Positions 39,101 through 52,551 of a DNA stretch of 64,000 nt are shown here, one piece after another. The notes beneath the pieces are model-generated. The model had not been told where the DNA came from, ran no database searches, and saw only the letters and a program-made list of their open reading frames with translations. A program made the translations under genes and the position numbers. How positions within the stretch are numbered: position 1 is the first letter of the stretch; each line of letters starts with the position of its first letter. Source of the stretch: Heterodontus francisci (Eukaryota); assembly GCF_036365525.1 (NCBI RefSeq), contig NC_090381.1, positions 51,985,401 through 52,049,400 on the forward strand, written 5' to 3'.

Positions 39101-40072
39101 ATAGAGACTCATCTCAGTAGCACCCTTCAAGTTAGAAGACGGGAAATCTTTATCCCATTGATCTGGGATAGATTTGAACCAAGCCTCAGAGGTAAAATAC
39201 ACAGATTTACCTATAATTGAAATAAATACATCAATTGATTTGAAGATTTTTTTTTGCATGATGAACAGACAGCACAATAGATGACAAAAATGCCTTTTCA
39301 GCTCTAGGATAAATTCCACTCGGGATCATGCATGAGATGAGTCTGGCCAGTGCCAACCCAGTGGGTGGTCCTCCTGATGTCAGCAGCACTCCAGAGTAGG
39401 ATGGATCATAGCATACACACAGGAAAATGTAGGTCAATGAATCTACAGTCAGGCTATGATCTCCAGTAACAGCAAACTAAATACGGAAAGCCTTGCTAAT
39501 CTGTACTGGGTAGAATCTTTGAAATGAAATTAGATGCCACTCCAGTAGGGATGACACTTCAAAAAGTGAATGCTTGGCTATGAGCCACTTTTGAGACATC
39601 ATAAGGATGTGAAAAGAGCTATATAAATAAAAGTACTTTCTTTAACCATACTCTCTCATTAGAGATTAACATATTTCAATATTTTGCTTTGTTCCCTATG
39701 AAAATCCTCTTTTGGCAGGAAACTGATCTTGTGCCTAATGTTTTAATACAAATCAGCTGCAAGCAGTATATCTACGCACACATTATTAAATGTGATGGTA
39801 AGTTTGAGTTCCATAAAACAAGCTCAGTAAGCCCATTCCACCTAATTTGTCAAGTAGAAGGTTGGAGCAGTAACTTGCAAAGCCACTTGCTGTGCTCATT
39901 AGCCATTCAGGTTGCAGATATACTTTTTAGTCAGTGTAAAGAACTTAGCAGTATAAGAAATTGAGTCAGGTCCTAAGATACAGTGTATGCTAAAGCCAAG
40001 CGTTGTGGCCACATATACAGAGGATTCGCTCCTGGCAGAGTGAGAGCTGCAGCAAAGCACATCTGACAGTAT

Positions 40073-40803
40073 GGGCTGAATTTTACCTTAGGCGGACGGG
40101 AATTCGCCACTGATGTGAAAGTCATGGCGAACCCGCTTCCGCCTAGACCAGGGATCCGTCCCATATTTTACGATCCCCGGGCTTCAATTGTCCTGACGTG
40201 GGACCTCCACCCACTTGAGGGAGGAGGTCCCGCATGCGTGAGCTGCCAGCCAATCACTGGGCCAGCAGCTCTTAGTCCCAGCAGCGCCACCAGGAGCGGT
40301 GGCCACTGCTGGGACTGGAGCCCAGCCGACGCCAAGGAGCCTGGAGGGAAGGTAAGTTAAGGTTGCCTCACCGGGGGATCGGTCCTTCCCTGGTGAGGCT
40401 GGAGTGGTCGTTTGAGGGGAGTGGGGCGTCTTGGATTCCGGGGGTGGGTTGGGAGGTAGGGGCGGCCCTCAATCAGGCACCCTGTGCCTGATTGCCATGG
40501 CACCCCCTGGGGTGTGGAAATGCCGGCAGCTATCGCTGGGCGGCCTTTCACGTCCATAGCACGCCCGTTTGCCACGGGTAAAGTAGCCGTGGAGGCGGGC
40601 GAGGGCCCTTAAGAGGCCGTTAAGTGCCCACTTAGGGGCCTTGATTGGCCTCGGGTGGGCGGGCCATTTCCCACCCCTTGCCCGCACCGTAAACTTGGCC
40701 AGAGGCGGAAGCGGGGTGGGTAGGCCTCCCGGAGCCTCCCACTCAATTTTATGCCGCCCCCACACCAGCATCCGACCTACTGGTGCGGCATAAACCTCAG
40801 CCC
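40073..40803. mobile_element. Harbinger-type MITE (~730 bp)
   Basis: TIRs gggctgaattttac / ataaacctcagccc; 3-bp TSD TAT (40070-40072, 40804-40806); non-coding. Confidence 0.85.
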
Positions 40804-43800
40804 TATAACTTTAGTCTTATATTTTACAGTTAATAGTGTCATACTGGTAGTGCAGTAGAATGACAGCCTCAAATTTCTCCCCATAAGTAATTAACTCTAA
40901 TAGTGGTGCAGAATACCTATCTAACTTTACATCCTATTTCATTCAGACGTCACAATTTACCCTGCTTTGTACAATATGTGTACAATTCCAGCATGCAATT
41001 ATTTCTGTCCATAATTATCCCTGTGAAAATTGTATTATGTCTGCTACTATTTAACCAGCTTTTTTAAACATAAATGATAACCAACACAATGTTAACGACA
41101 TACATCCATAATAGAGAAAACATGCTTGTAATTTTAAATCATCCTTAAGCCACATTATTTTGTTGGTTTGTTGTTGCCTCACAGCCAAATTCCATTCCCT
41201 GTCTCATTCACAAAATCCTCTTTGTACATTCTGCTTCAAGGATGATGATGATGGAGATAATAGGGTAAAAATTTCACCAGTGCCAGTGAACCCTCAGGAA
41301 GTGTGGCAGGGTGGAATTTCCCTTTGTTTATTTGCTTCCAACTTGACCCTGTTCTAAATCCCAAGGACGTGGTTATGTTCATTTTGGCTGAAGGTACCCT
41401 TATTTATACTGGGGAAACAGGCGCTCACCCAGCATAAAAAGTCAGAAACTAAAAGTGGTGCTCTATTGCCCCAAGAGGGAAAGTCAGAGCTCAAATCAAG
41501 TCAAAGATGTTAGTGAGCTGTGATTTAAGCCCAATGGATCTTCATTCCACCCCAAATTCCGGTGCGTCCATTTATATTACATCTGTATTCTGTCTCTAGG
41601 ACTGGAATTTCTACCCTGACTTCCAGTTTATCTGCAGGACTTCCATAGGCGTAGGCTTAACCGATACTTTATATTTCTGTTGCATATCGTTCAGGTTCAT
41701 GAAGGGAACTGACAAAATACATGGCAGTTATTTAGTGTATATGATCTGCACTATTCAAGTGTTCATCAAACTACTCAGGACTAAGAAAGGAGCCATCCAG
41801 GTTAGATTCAAGCAGGTACACTGTCAGGCATAGCTGACCTAAACTAACACTTAGTTGCAAGCTCACTCAGTACCTGGCACATCTAAGCAAGCTTGACCTA
41901 AACTCACAAGGGTGTGAATCAGACATGTTCTCGATAGATGTTTGGAATGGGGAAAGTTGATACGCTCCACACAGGTTAACAGCTGTTATATAACATAACT
42001 GGTCAATGGATACAACCACAAGATGTTGCTACTGTTTTTCTACTGCTGCAATCTACTAAGTAGATTGTGTGGCTCTAAAGATTTTAAAATAGGCGACTGA
42101 CATTTTGTTCTACACAGTCAATATCACAAAGCTGAAATCTGTAGAGTCACATGAGAGTATGAAAAGATTTAGCTTACTCCCACCTTCAGTGAATATTGCA
42201 CTGCCTTAATTATTTTTTTAAATATTTTAAGTATATTGCCTGTAGAGATAGGAAATCTATAAAAGAAATTCTCCATTATTACAGAAGGATCCAGTGAACA
42301 TTTAAATGTCAGTTTTGTGTCAATGTAATAAAATGCATAAACTGGGCAGTCACAAAAATCACAGAACCTTAATACAATACACATTTTAAAAAAATCAAAA
42401 CATTACTTAGTGTTTACCATTACTTCATCTAAGTCTTCTAGAATTTATGACTACAAACAATACAATTCCAGCATTAGAAGTAAAAAAAGGTAAAATTTAG
42501 TGTTTTTTCACAGGCACTCACTCTGTTGGATAATGGAACAACATGCCTTTCCTTTGTGACATCTTATTTACAGAAAAAAATGAAGAAAGTGAATGATTTC
42601 AGCTTTCAATTTGCCTCGATTTAAGTAATGCCATATACCATTAGAACTCAGCTTATCTGCTGCCCTAAATAAAACAGCATTTAATCCCTGTTTCCCTGCT
42701 CCACGTTTACATAAAGATTATGAGATTTTTACTGTTATTATGAAAGCCAAAGTGGCAATAGCATTTCAAGGATTTGTAAATTATTAATAGAGAAAAAAAA
42801 TTACACTACCATAATTAGAAGAGTTCTGGGTCTGCTCATTCTGTCAGATTCATCCAGTGGCAAAAATTCAAGTGACAATTGCTCCTGGTGCCGGGTGCAG
42901 ATATGTGCACAGTTCCTCTGAACCACGGAACGAAAGGCTTCAAGCAGAACAATGCTGGCAGTGCAACCCATATCTGCATCCTGAAGCCTACAGAATAACT
43001 TCTTCTATGCCTATGCTATATCTGAGAGACAGTGGAACCTTGTCCCAGAAATCAGCCTACATTGCAGCTGCAAGCACACAGCTTTCCAATCCAGATCAGC
43101 TTTCAGGTCAGCTGACAACAAGCAACTACACTGCTTTGATGCACTATAAAGTAACGCCAGGGCACAGCTGGAATATGCTGTACTAAAGTGCACTCCATTC
43201 TGTAATAGCCAAGGTTTTAACAGTGTTTCTCACACAAGAATATCAGAATTTATAAAACATTTGGGGATTTATTTTGAGAAAGGGTGTCTCATGAAGTCAT
43301 GACTACTGCCTAAAATTGAAATAATTACAACTGATTTACAAACATATTTGTCACAAGCTAATAATGATACTGATAGAGTAGGCATCAGATGCTGTAACTA
43401 ACATTATCATTAGAATGTGCTTCAGGCAGTATGAGTGTTTTATTTCTCTCATTTTAAACCCCTCAGTTCTATGTCAGAAAATTATGCTCCCTAAACAAAC
43501 AGCTCTGGTGTTGCTTGTGCAGATTTCCTTTCAATGGCTCAGTTGTTTTGGGCCCACACATGCAGATGCTTTGCAGACTAATCAATTTTAAGTAAATGCA
43601 GAAGGCTTTCTTCCATGAAACATGGACCAATTAAATTTCAAAGCAAACAGCCACAGCTCTCTCCCTTTCACAAACAAGCAGAAATGGAATACTTGGATAG
43701 GCTGATGCCAAGAACTGCATGATAATAGGAAGATGTCACTAACAGTTAACAGCTTACGACTGCAAAGCAGTTAGGAACAAAAGCTATCACCAAGATGCTA

Positions 43801-43954
43801 AAAAGTTGTGTGTTGGTGAAGATGTAAAGTAGTGATTACTACCAAGATAATGTGCCTTTGTCTGAGGCATACTTTATTAGATCTACTGCAACATGATTGT
43901 TACCTGATGGGAAAACTCCATGCTAACAGAATTTTTGTTTGTGTATATTTAACA

Positions 43955-45380
43955 ATAATGACTTGTATTTATATAATACCTTTACCATAGTAAAATGACC
44001 CAAGGCACTTTACAGGAGCATAAACAGATAAAAACTGACACCAAGCAAAGAAGAATACATGAGGACAAGGAAGCAAAAGCTTGGTCAAAGAGGCAGATTT
44101 TAAAGAGCTTCTTAGAGGACAGAGTATCCACTAACTACGTCAGCTCATGAGTTTTTAAAAAAATTATTTGGTCATGGGATGTGGGTGTCGCTGGCTGTGC
44201 CAGCATTTATTGCCCATCCCTAATTGCCCTTGAGAAGGTGGTGGTGAGCTGCCTTCTTGAACTGCTGCAGTCCATGTGGTACATGGACAGTGCTGTTAGG
44301 AAGGTAGTTCCAGGAATTTGCGACAGTGAAGGAACGGCGGTGTAGTTCCAAGTCAGGATGGTATGTGGCTTGGAGGGGAACTTGCAGGTGATGGTGTTCC
44401 CACGCATCTGCTGCCATTGTCCTTCTAGGTGGTAGAGGTCACAGGTTTGGAAGGTGCTGTCGAAGGAGTCTTGCTGAGTTGCTGCAATGCATCTTGTAGA
44501 TGGTACACACTGCTGCCACTGTGCATTGGTGGTGAAGGGAGTTGCATGGTGAGCCAGTGGGTTGGAGGGTGGGTGGTACAAAGATAGTTACATGCAAATT
44601 ACATGTGTAAAATCAATCCCAGCCACTTACAGTAGTGCAATCTCCAGGCATGATTGATGGGAGAATTACCCAATCATCTCCAATCTGTCCGGGAATAATG
44701 GTGTCACCATATGCAACCCTTAAAAGGAGCTGGGAGAGGTAGAGAAGTGCAGCGGTTTACGGAGGGATTTCCAAAGCTTAGGGCCTAGTCAGCTGAAGGA
44801 ACAACTGCCAATGGTGGCAGAAGTAGTTGAGGGATGCACAAGAGACAAGAGTGAATGAACAGAGAGTTGGAGGAGGTTCATGGGGCTGAAAGAAGTTACA
44901 GTGATGAGGAGGATGAGGCCACGGAGGGAATTGAACACAAGAATGAGAATTTCTAATTCGAGGCATTTTCAGTGAGCGCTGGTTTATGGGTGAATGGGAT
45001 TTGGTATGAGTTAGAATATGGGCAGGAGAGTTTTAGATGACCTCAAGTTAACACAGGGTGGCAGATTGGAGGTAGCCAGGAAACCATGGGAATAGTCAAG
45101 TTTGAAGATAACAAAATCAAGGATGATGGTTTAAGCAGCAGATAGGCTGAGGCAAAGACAGAGAGAGGTGACATTTCAGAGAAATGGAGAGGATATGGGT
45201 TTGGGAGTTCTGCTCAGGGTCAAATGAGACGCTGAGTTGCAAACAGTCTGGTTCAGCACGAGAAAAAGAGCCAGGGTGAGAAATAGAATCAATAGCTAGA
45301 AAACAGTGTTTGTATTGGAGACCCAAGGCAATGACTTCAGTCTTCACAATATTTAATTTGAGCTAATTTCAGTTCATCCA
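43955..45380 (-). mobile_element. L2 LINE 3' remnant, interrupted
   Basis: L2-type tail (atttatataatacc..caaggcactttaca) and coding remnants MKTEVI..SVSFDPE (45117..45347), PRIRN (44778..44966). Confidence 0.55.
44165..44540 (-). mobile_element. Family-B LINE 3' end
   Basis: gggatgtgggtgtcgctggctgtgccagcatttattgcccatccctaattgcccttgagaagg, collinear with 24368-24740. Confidence 0.8.
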
Positions 45381-47286
45381 GGGTTGCAAAGGCAAATAGG
45401 ATGTTAGGGTGTATTACTGGAACAATTCAATCTAAAATAAGAATTTCTTTTCTTTCTCTGTATAAAGTCTTGGTTGGGCCTAATCTAGAAGACTACATCT
45501 AGTTTTGATCCTCATAAATAGTGGGCTACAGGAAAAGGTTCCAATAACAGCTGCCAAATTGATAAGTAGTTTAGATAGGTAGAGAAACTGGAGAGAAGAA
45601 AAAACGAGAGTGAAAACAATACAGACAGGAGGAAGAGAGGAAATGACTCAAATTCAAGTCCAAAGAGAGGGAGAGAAATCTTCCTGCATCAGCAGGAAGA
45701 CGAGAGTGCGACCTTGGAATTTGGGGGCCATCATTTTATTAAAATCAAATCTGATTGTAAATTTTGAAGAGGGGGATGACAGTTTTATCAGGGCATTTAA
45801 ACTGTTAGGTGATCATCATTAAACCGAATGGGCCAGCCAACCTGCGATTTTCATAAGCAGAAGATGCTTTTTTGTTACATTCATCGAACATAGAACATAG
45901 AACAGTACAGCACAGTACAGGCCCTTCGGCCCACAATGTTGTGCCGACCCTTTAACCTACTCTAAGATCACACTACCTGCATACCCTTCATTCTACTATC
46001 ATCCATGTACCTATCTAAGAGTCGCTTAAATGTCCCTAATGTATCTGCTTCTACTACCACCGCTGGCAGTGCATTCCACGCACCCGCCACTCTCTGTGGA
46101 AAGAACCTACCTCTGACATCTCCCCTAAACCTTCCTCCAATCACCTTAAAATTATACCCCTGGTGATAGCCCTTTCCGCCCTGGGAAAAAGTCTCTGGCT
46201 ATCCACTCTATCTATGCCTCTCATCACCTTGTACACCTCTATCAAGTCACCTCTCATCCTTCTTCGCTCCAATGAGAAAAGCCCTAGCTCCCTCAACCTT
46301 TCTTCATGAGACATGCCCTCCAGTCCAGGCAGCATCCTGGTAAATCTCCTCTGCACCCTCTCTAAAGCTTCCACATCCTTCCTATAATGAGGCGACCAGA
46401 ACTGAACACAATATTCCAAGTGTGGTCTAACCAGGGCTTTATAGAGCTGCAGAATAGCCTCGCAGCTCTTAAACTCAATCCCCCTGTTAATGAAAGCCAA
46501 CACACCATACGCCTTCTTAACAACCCTATCAACTTGGGTGGCAACTTTGAGGGGTCTATGGACGTGGACCCCAAGATCCCTCTGTTCCTCCACACTGCCA
46601 ATAATCCTGTCTTTAAGCCTGTATTCTGCATTCAAATTCGACCTTCCAAAATGAATCACTTCACACTTTTCCAGGTTGAACTCCATCTGCCACTTCTCAG
46701 CCCAGCTCTGCATCCTGTCAATGTCCTGTTGCAACCTACAACAGCCCTCCACACTATCCACAACTCCAGCAACCTTTGTGTCATCGGCAAACTTACTAAC
46801 CCAGCCTTCCACTTCCTCATCCAAGTCATTTATAAAAATCACAAAGAGCAGAGGTCCCAGAACAGATCCCTGCAGAACACCACTGTCACCGAGCTCCAGG
46901 CTGAATACTTTCCATCTACTACCACCCTCTGTCTTCTATGGGCCAGCCAATTCTGTATCCAGACAGCCAAATTTCCCTGTATCCCATGCCTCCTTACTTT
47001 CTGAATGAGCCTACCATGGAGAACCTTATCAAACGCCTTGCTAAAATCCATATACACCACATCCACTGCTCTTCCTTCATCAATGTATTTTGTCACATCC
47101 TCAAAGAATTCAATAAGGCTTGTGAGGCATGACCTGCCCCTCACAAAGCCATGCTGACTATCTCTAATCAAACTATGCTTTTCCAAATAATCATAAATCC
47201 TGTCTTTCAGAATCCTCTCCAGTAATTTGCCCACCACCGATGTAAGACTGACTGGTCTGTAATTCCCAGGGTTATCCCTATTCCAC

Positions 47287-47826
47287 TATGCCACTACCAG
47301 TCGCATCTTCCCCTCCCTTCCCCTGTCAGCATTCCGAAGGGATCATTCCCTCCGCGACACCCTGGTCCACTCCTCCATTACCCCCACCACCTCGTCCCCG
47401 TCCCAGGGCACCTTCCCTTGCAATCGCAGGAGGTGTAATACCTGCCCATTTACCTCCTCTCTCCTCACTATCCCAGGCCCCAAACACTCCTTTCAGGTGA
47501 AGCAGCGATTTACTTGTACTTCTTTCAATGTAGTATACTGTATTCGCTGCTCACAGTGTGGTCTCCTCTACATTGGGGAGACCAAGCGCAGACTGGGTGA
47601 CCGCTTTGCGGAACATCTCCGCTCAGTCCGCAAGCAGGACCCTGAGCTTCCGGTTGCTTGCCATTTCAACACTCCCCCCTGCTCTCATGCTCACATCTCT
47701 GTCCTGGGATTGCTGCAGTGTTCCAGTGAACATCAACGCAAGCTCGAGGAACAGCATCTCATCTACCGATTAGGCACACTACAGCCTGCCGGACTGAACA
47801 TTGAGTTCAATAATTTCAGAGCATGA
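47287..47826 (+). CDS. PLE polyprotein C-terminus (Cys-rich linker + GIY-YIG endonuclease), partial
   Basis: Open frame AFRRDHSLRDTLVHS..PCNRRRCNTC..FTCTSFNVVYCIRCSQCGLLYIGETKRRLGDRFAEH..VACHFN..LEEQHLIYRLGTLQPAGLN*. No start codon (truncated). Confidence 0.9.
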   Translation, partial: YATTSRIFPSLPLSAFRRDHSLRDTLVHSSITPTTSSPSQGTFPCNRRRCNTCPFTSSLLTIPGPKHSFQVKQRFTCTSFNVVYCIRCSQCGLLYIGETKRRLGDRFAEHLRSVRKQDPELPVACHFNTPPCSHAHISVLGLLQCSSEHQRKLEEQHLIYRLGTLQPAGLNIEFNNFRA

Positions 47827-48208
47827 CAGCCCCCCACTTTACTTTCATTTTTAGTCATTTTTAGTTATTTTTTCTTCCTTTTTTTTTTGCATTCCTTTTT
47901 ACATTTTTAACAATCTTTTTTTGCATTTATTTCATTTCATCTTAGTTTGTTCAGTTTGCTTACCCACTGTTTTTTTCAGGTTGTTTTTCTTCAGGTTTGC
48001 ACTTGCTGATGTTCAATATTCAGTATATTCACACCTAATCTGTACTAATGCTTTGTCTTTCAACACAGCATTAACATATTGTTTGCCTTTGCTCCGTGAC
48101 CTTTTGGTCAGCTATGTGGCCTGGTCCAATCTGCACCTTCTCCTTTGTTATCTCTTGCCCAACCCCCACCTCACTTGTTTATAATCTGTGACTTTTCTAA
48201 TATTTGTC

Positions 48209-48245
48209 AGTTCCGAAGAAGAGTCACTGACCCGAAACGTTAACT
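48209..48245 (+). ncRNA. Minimal hammerhead ribozyme-like motif in PLE terminal repeat
   Basis: AGTT-CCGAAGA-A-GAGTCACTGACCC-GAAAC-GTT-AACT; U4-to-C core variant; palindromic ACGT stem III. Confidence 0.55.
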
Positions 48246-49885
48246 CTGCTTCTCTTTCCACAGATGCTGCCAGACCTGCTGAGTGAATCCAGCATTTCTT
48301 GTTTTTGTTATCCCTATTCCCTTTCTTGAACAAGGGAATAACATTTGCCACCCTCCAATCATCTGGTACTATTCCAGTGGACAGTGAGGACGCAAAGATC
48401 ATCGCCAAAGGCGCGGCAATCTCTTCCCTCGCTTCCCGTAATAACCTTGGGTATATCCCGTCTGGACCCAGGGACTTATCTATCCTCATGTCTTTCAAAA
48501 TTTCCAGCACATCCTCCTTCTTAACATCAACCTGTTCGAGCATATCAGCCTGTTTCACGCTGTCCTCACAAACAACAAGGTCCCTCTCACTAGTGAATAC
48601 TGAAGCAAAGTATTCATTAAGGACCTCCCCTACCTCCTCCGACTCCAGGCACAAGTTCCCTCCACTATCCCTGATCGGCCCTACCCTCACTCTGGCCATC
48701 CTCTTGTTCCTCACATCAGTGTAGAACGCCTTGGGATTTTCCTTAATCCGACCCGCCAAGACTTTTTCATGTCCCCTTCTAGCTCTCCTAAGTCCATTCT
48801 TCAGTTCCTTCCTGGCTACCTTGTAACCCTCTAGAGCCCTGTCTGATCCTTGCTTCCTCAACCTTAAGTAAGCGTCCTTCTTCCTCTTGACTAGCTGTTC
48901 CACATCTCTTGACATCCAAGGTTCCTTCACCCTACCATCCCTTCCTTGCCTCATCGGGACAAACCTATCCAGCAGTCACAGCAAGTGCTCCCTAAACAAC
49001 CTCCACATTTCTGCCGTGCATTTCCCTGAGATCATCTGTTCCCAATTTAAGCTCCCCAGTTCCTGCCTAATAGCATTGTAATTCCCCCTCCCCCAATTAA
49101 ATATTTTCCCATCCCGTCTGCTCCTATCCCTCTCCATGACTATAGTAAAGGTCAGGGAGTTGTGATCACGATCACCGAAATGCTCTCCCACCGAGAGATC
49201 TGCCACCTGGCCTGGTTCGTTGCCAAGCATCAAATCCAACATAGCCTCCCCTCTAGTCGGCCTATCTACATATTGAATCAGGAAACCTTCCTGGACACAC
49301 CTGACAAAATCTGCTCCATCCAAACTATTTGCACTAAGGAGGTGCCAATCAATATTAGGGAAGTTGAAGTCACCCATGACAACAACCCTGTTACCTCTGC
49401 ACCTTTCCAAAATCTGCCTCCCAATCTGTTCCTCCATGTCTCTGTTGCTATTGGGGGGTCGATAGAAAACTCCCAATAAAGTGACTGCTCCTTTCCTGTT
49501 TCTGACTTCCACCCATACTGACTCAGTAGACAAACCCTCCTCGACGACCTCCCTTTCTGCAGCTGTGATACTATCCCTGATTAGCAATGCCACTCCCCCA
49601 CCTCTTTTACCTCCCTCCCTATTCCTTTTGAAACATCTAAACCCCGGAACATCCAACATCCATTCCTGCCCCTGTGATATCCAAGTCTCCGTAATGGCCA
49701 CAACATTCCTTCAGGTAGTCTGGACTATGATGTTGGAAAGCATGCTGTTTTCAGGGCTTTCAATTTAATAGCTGAAGCATACAGACATAAATTTAAGAAA
49801 CAAATGAAGAATGCATTCAGAAATGATTATTCAGCTTGAAGACGCATGGCAGATATGCTTGTAAGCAAAAGATATAAAAGGCTAT

Positions 49886-50816
49886 TGTCATGCAGGCCCC
49901 CACCTGCCAAGGATGAGGCACATTAATTTCGCCACATGAACATTGATTTTTAAACAGTTACTAGAGTAAAGAAAGAACTTGTTTTAAAAAAAACATCAGA
50001 CCCTTGACTGGAAAGACATTTGCATGGTTATAGACAGTACTTGGAAAGGTCAAAGGGGCCACTCCCTGTTCCAATTTAATCCACAATGGACTTTTGATTA
50101 CCAGACGTTGAAGGTGGAGAGGCGAGCATTCCAGGTTAACTGCTGAGATGGCCAAGTACACAAATAGATGTGGTTAGACCAGTTTAGTCACATGACTAAC
50201 TGGCTGGGAGTTTTTTTGAATTTGAACTTGCCACACAGAATCTGAACTGAGAAAGCTCTTTGTTCCTGAACTGAGAACATCTCTCTCCTGTCTGCTCCCA
50301 TCTCTTTCTCACAGAACTGAAGACCCATTGAAGACACATGAACCCCAAGAGAGAAAAGTCTCCTACAGTGAACAAGGTTTAACAAGAATACTGGGCCCCA
50401 ACGAAAAGCAAGAATTACCTACAAGCAAGAACTACCTACAAAAGGACTACAGTGAGCTCGAAGCAGTGACAAGAAACTCTTCTGATATTGCCTCAAACCC
50501 ATCCACTATTTTTCTTCTGCTCTTTTCTGTCTCTATTTGCATGTGCATATCACATATGCTATCTAGCGTGGGGCACAGCGTATATCTGTAGGCGTTAACC
50601 GAATTAATTTAAGTTTTAATAAGTTTCACTTTTCTTCTTTAAACCTAAGAAAGGCTGTCTATGCTCATTTCTTGCCTTATAATTGGAAAGTGGTGAACAA
50701 GAATTCACCAAGGGAGAGCTCAAAACACGGTGTGTTTAAAAATTAAACCCTGTTACAATAAGACCAGGTGAAAGCTGACGAAGACCCCCAGACACCTTTC
50801 TCACCTGGCCGTAACA
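49886..50816 (+). mobile_element. Solo LTR (Gypsy-type)
   Basis: TGTCATG...GTAACA termini; 4-bp TSD CTAT/TTAT; inverted homolog at 60922-61828. Confidence 0.82.
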
Positions 50817-51039
50817 TTATTTTAGGAAATGTTTCAATGATTTAAGAAGCTGTTTACTTGCTCAAGAGTATAATACTCTCTCAGCACATGCACTGATGCT
50901 TTTTTGGCTGCGTTGTCCCAGAGAAGAGCTGTTCAGTGAACCAAATGCTCAGTCTGCCCTGAATAAAGCCAAGGGGTAAGGGAGAGGAGTCAGCCAAGTT
51001 TAAGTCAGAGATCAGAAGACAGTAAGAGTGTTTTAAATG

Positions 51040-52551
51040 TTCTTTGGCCTCCTTATCTCGAGAGACAATGGGTAAGCGCCTGGAGGTGGTCAGTGGTGTG
51101 TGGAGCAGCGCCTGGAGTGGCTATACAGGCCAATTCTAGAGTGACAGGCTCTTCCACAGGTGCTGCAGAAAAATTTGTTTGTCAGGGCTGTTACACAGTT
51201 GGCTCTCCCCTTGCGCTTCTCTCTTTTTTCCTGCCAACTGCTATGTCTCTTCGACTCGCCACACTTTAGCCCCGCCTTTATGGCTGCCCGCCAGCTCTGG
51301 CGAACGCTGGCAACTGACTCCCATGACTTGTGATCAATGTCACAGGACTTCATGTCGCGTTTGCAGACGTCTTTAAATCGGAGACATGGATGGCCGGTGG
51401 GTCTGATACCAGTGGCGAGCTCGCTGTACAATGTGTCTTTGGGGATCCTGCCATCTTCCATGCGGCTCACATGGCCAAGCCATCTCAAGCGCCGCTGCCT
51501 CAGTAGTGTGTAAGCTGGGGATGTTGGCCGCCTCGAGGACTTCTGTGTTGGAGATACGGTCCTGCCACCTGATGCCAAGTATTCTCTGGAGGCAGCGAAG
51601 ATGGAATGAATTGAGACGTCGCTCTTGGCTGACATACGTTGTCCAGGCCTCGCTACCATAGAGCAAGGTACTGAGGACACAGGCTTGATACACTCGGACT
51701 TTTGTGTTCCGTGTCAGTGCGCCATTTTCCCACACTCTCTTGGCCAGTCTGGACATAGCAGTGGAAGCCTTTCCCACGCGCTTGTTGATTTCTGCATCGA
51801 GAGACAGGTTACTGGTGATAGTTGAGCCTAGGTAGGTGAACTCTTGAACCACTTCCAGAGCGTGGTCGCCAATATTGATGGATGGAGCATTTCTGACGTC
51901 CTGCCCCATGATGTTCGTTTTCTTGAGGCTGATGGTTAGGCCAAATTCTTTGCAGGCAGCCGCAAACCTGTCAATGAGACTCTGCAGGCACTCTTCAGTG
52001 TGAGATGTTAAAGCAGCATCGTCAGCAAAGAGGAGTTCCCTGATGAGGACTTTCCGTACTTTGGACTTCGCTCTTAGACGGGCAAGGTTGAACAACCTGC
52101 CACCTGATCTTGTGTGGAGGAAAATTCCTTCTTCAGAAGACTTGAACGCATATGAAAGCAGCAGGGAAAAGAAAATCCCAGAAAGTGTGGGTGTGAGAAC
52201 ACAGCCCTGTTTCACACCACTCAGGATAGGAAAGGGCTCTGATGAGGTGCCGCCATGTTGAATTGTGCCTTTCATATTGTCATGGAATGAGGTGATGATA
52301 CTTAGTAGCTTTGGTGGACATCCAATCTTTTCCAGTAGTCTGAAGAGACCACGTCTGCTGACGAGGTCAAAGGCTTTGGTGAGATCAATGAAAGCAATGT
52401 AGAGGGGCATCTGTTGTTCGTGGCATTTCTCCTATATATGACGAAGGGAGAACAGCATGTCAACGGTCGAGTCACTCTAAACAGGCTCCATAAGCTGGCC
52501 GAGCGCGTCTACCCTGAGGCACAGTGTGGCTTTCGTGCAGAGAGATCGACC
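51040..52551 (-). mobile_element. RTE-clade LINE, 5'-truncated with 5' inversion
   Basis: AFIDLTKAFDLVSR, GVKQGCVL, LLFADDAAL, FTYLGS, RRLRWLGHVSRM, C-terminal CSTCGRACHSRIGLYSHSRRC. One frameshift (~51505) and one stop (~52432). TSD GTTTTAAATG (51030-51039, 52552-52561). Confidence 0.93.

Larger units (their letters stand above)
47285..48306 (+). mobile_element. 5'-truncated Penelope-like element (Neptune type)
   Basis: GIY-YIG ORF end plus T-rich 3'UTR plus hammerhead-containing terminus; perfect 14-bp TSD GTTATCCCTATTCC (47271-47284, 48307-48320). Confidence 0.92.
45886..49703 (-). mobile_element. Young CR1 (HER1-like) LINE ORF2, interrupted by a Penelope element
   Basis: ORFs 48976..49701 (AITETW, GDFNFP, GDRDHN), 48148..48954, 46839..47237, 46141..46842 (KFADDTK). 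Tail gggccgaagggcctgtactgtgctgtactgttctatgttctatgttc. Confidence 0.93.

Noticed and set aside
46387-47004. 205-aa plus-strand ORF and similar ORFs (268..849, 3782..4111, 35273..35668, 48299..48724)
   Set aside because: Antisense or off-frame shadows of TE coding sequence with no independent protein features.
48148-48954. CR1 ORF fused to a novel C-terminus (NKNKKCWIHSAGL..)
   Set aside because: Chance read-through into the antisense strand of the inserted PLE at the TSD junction.
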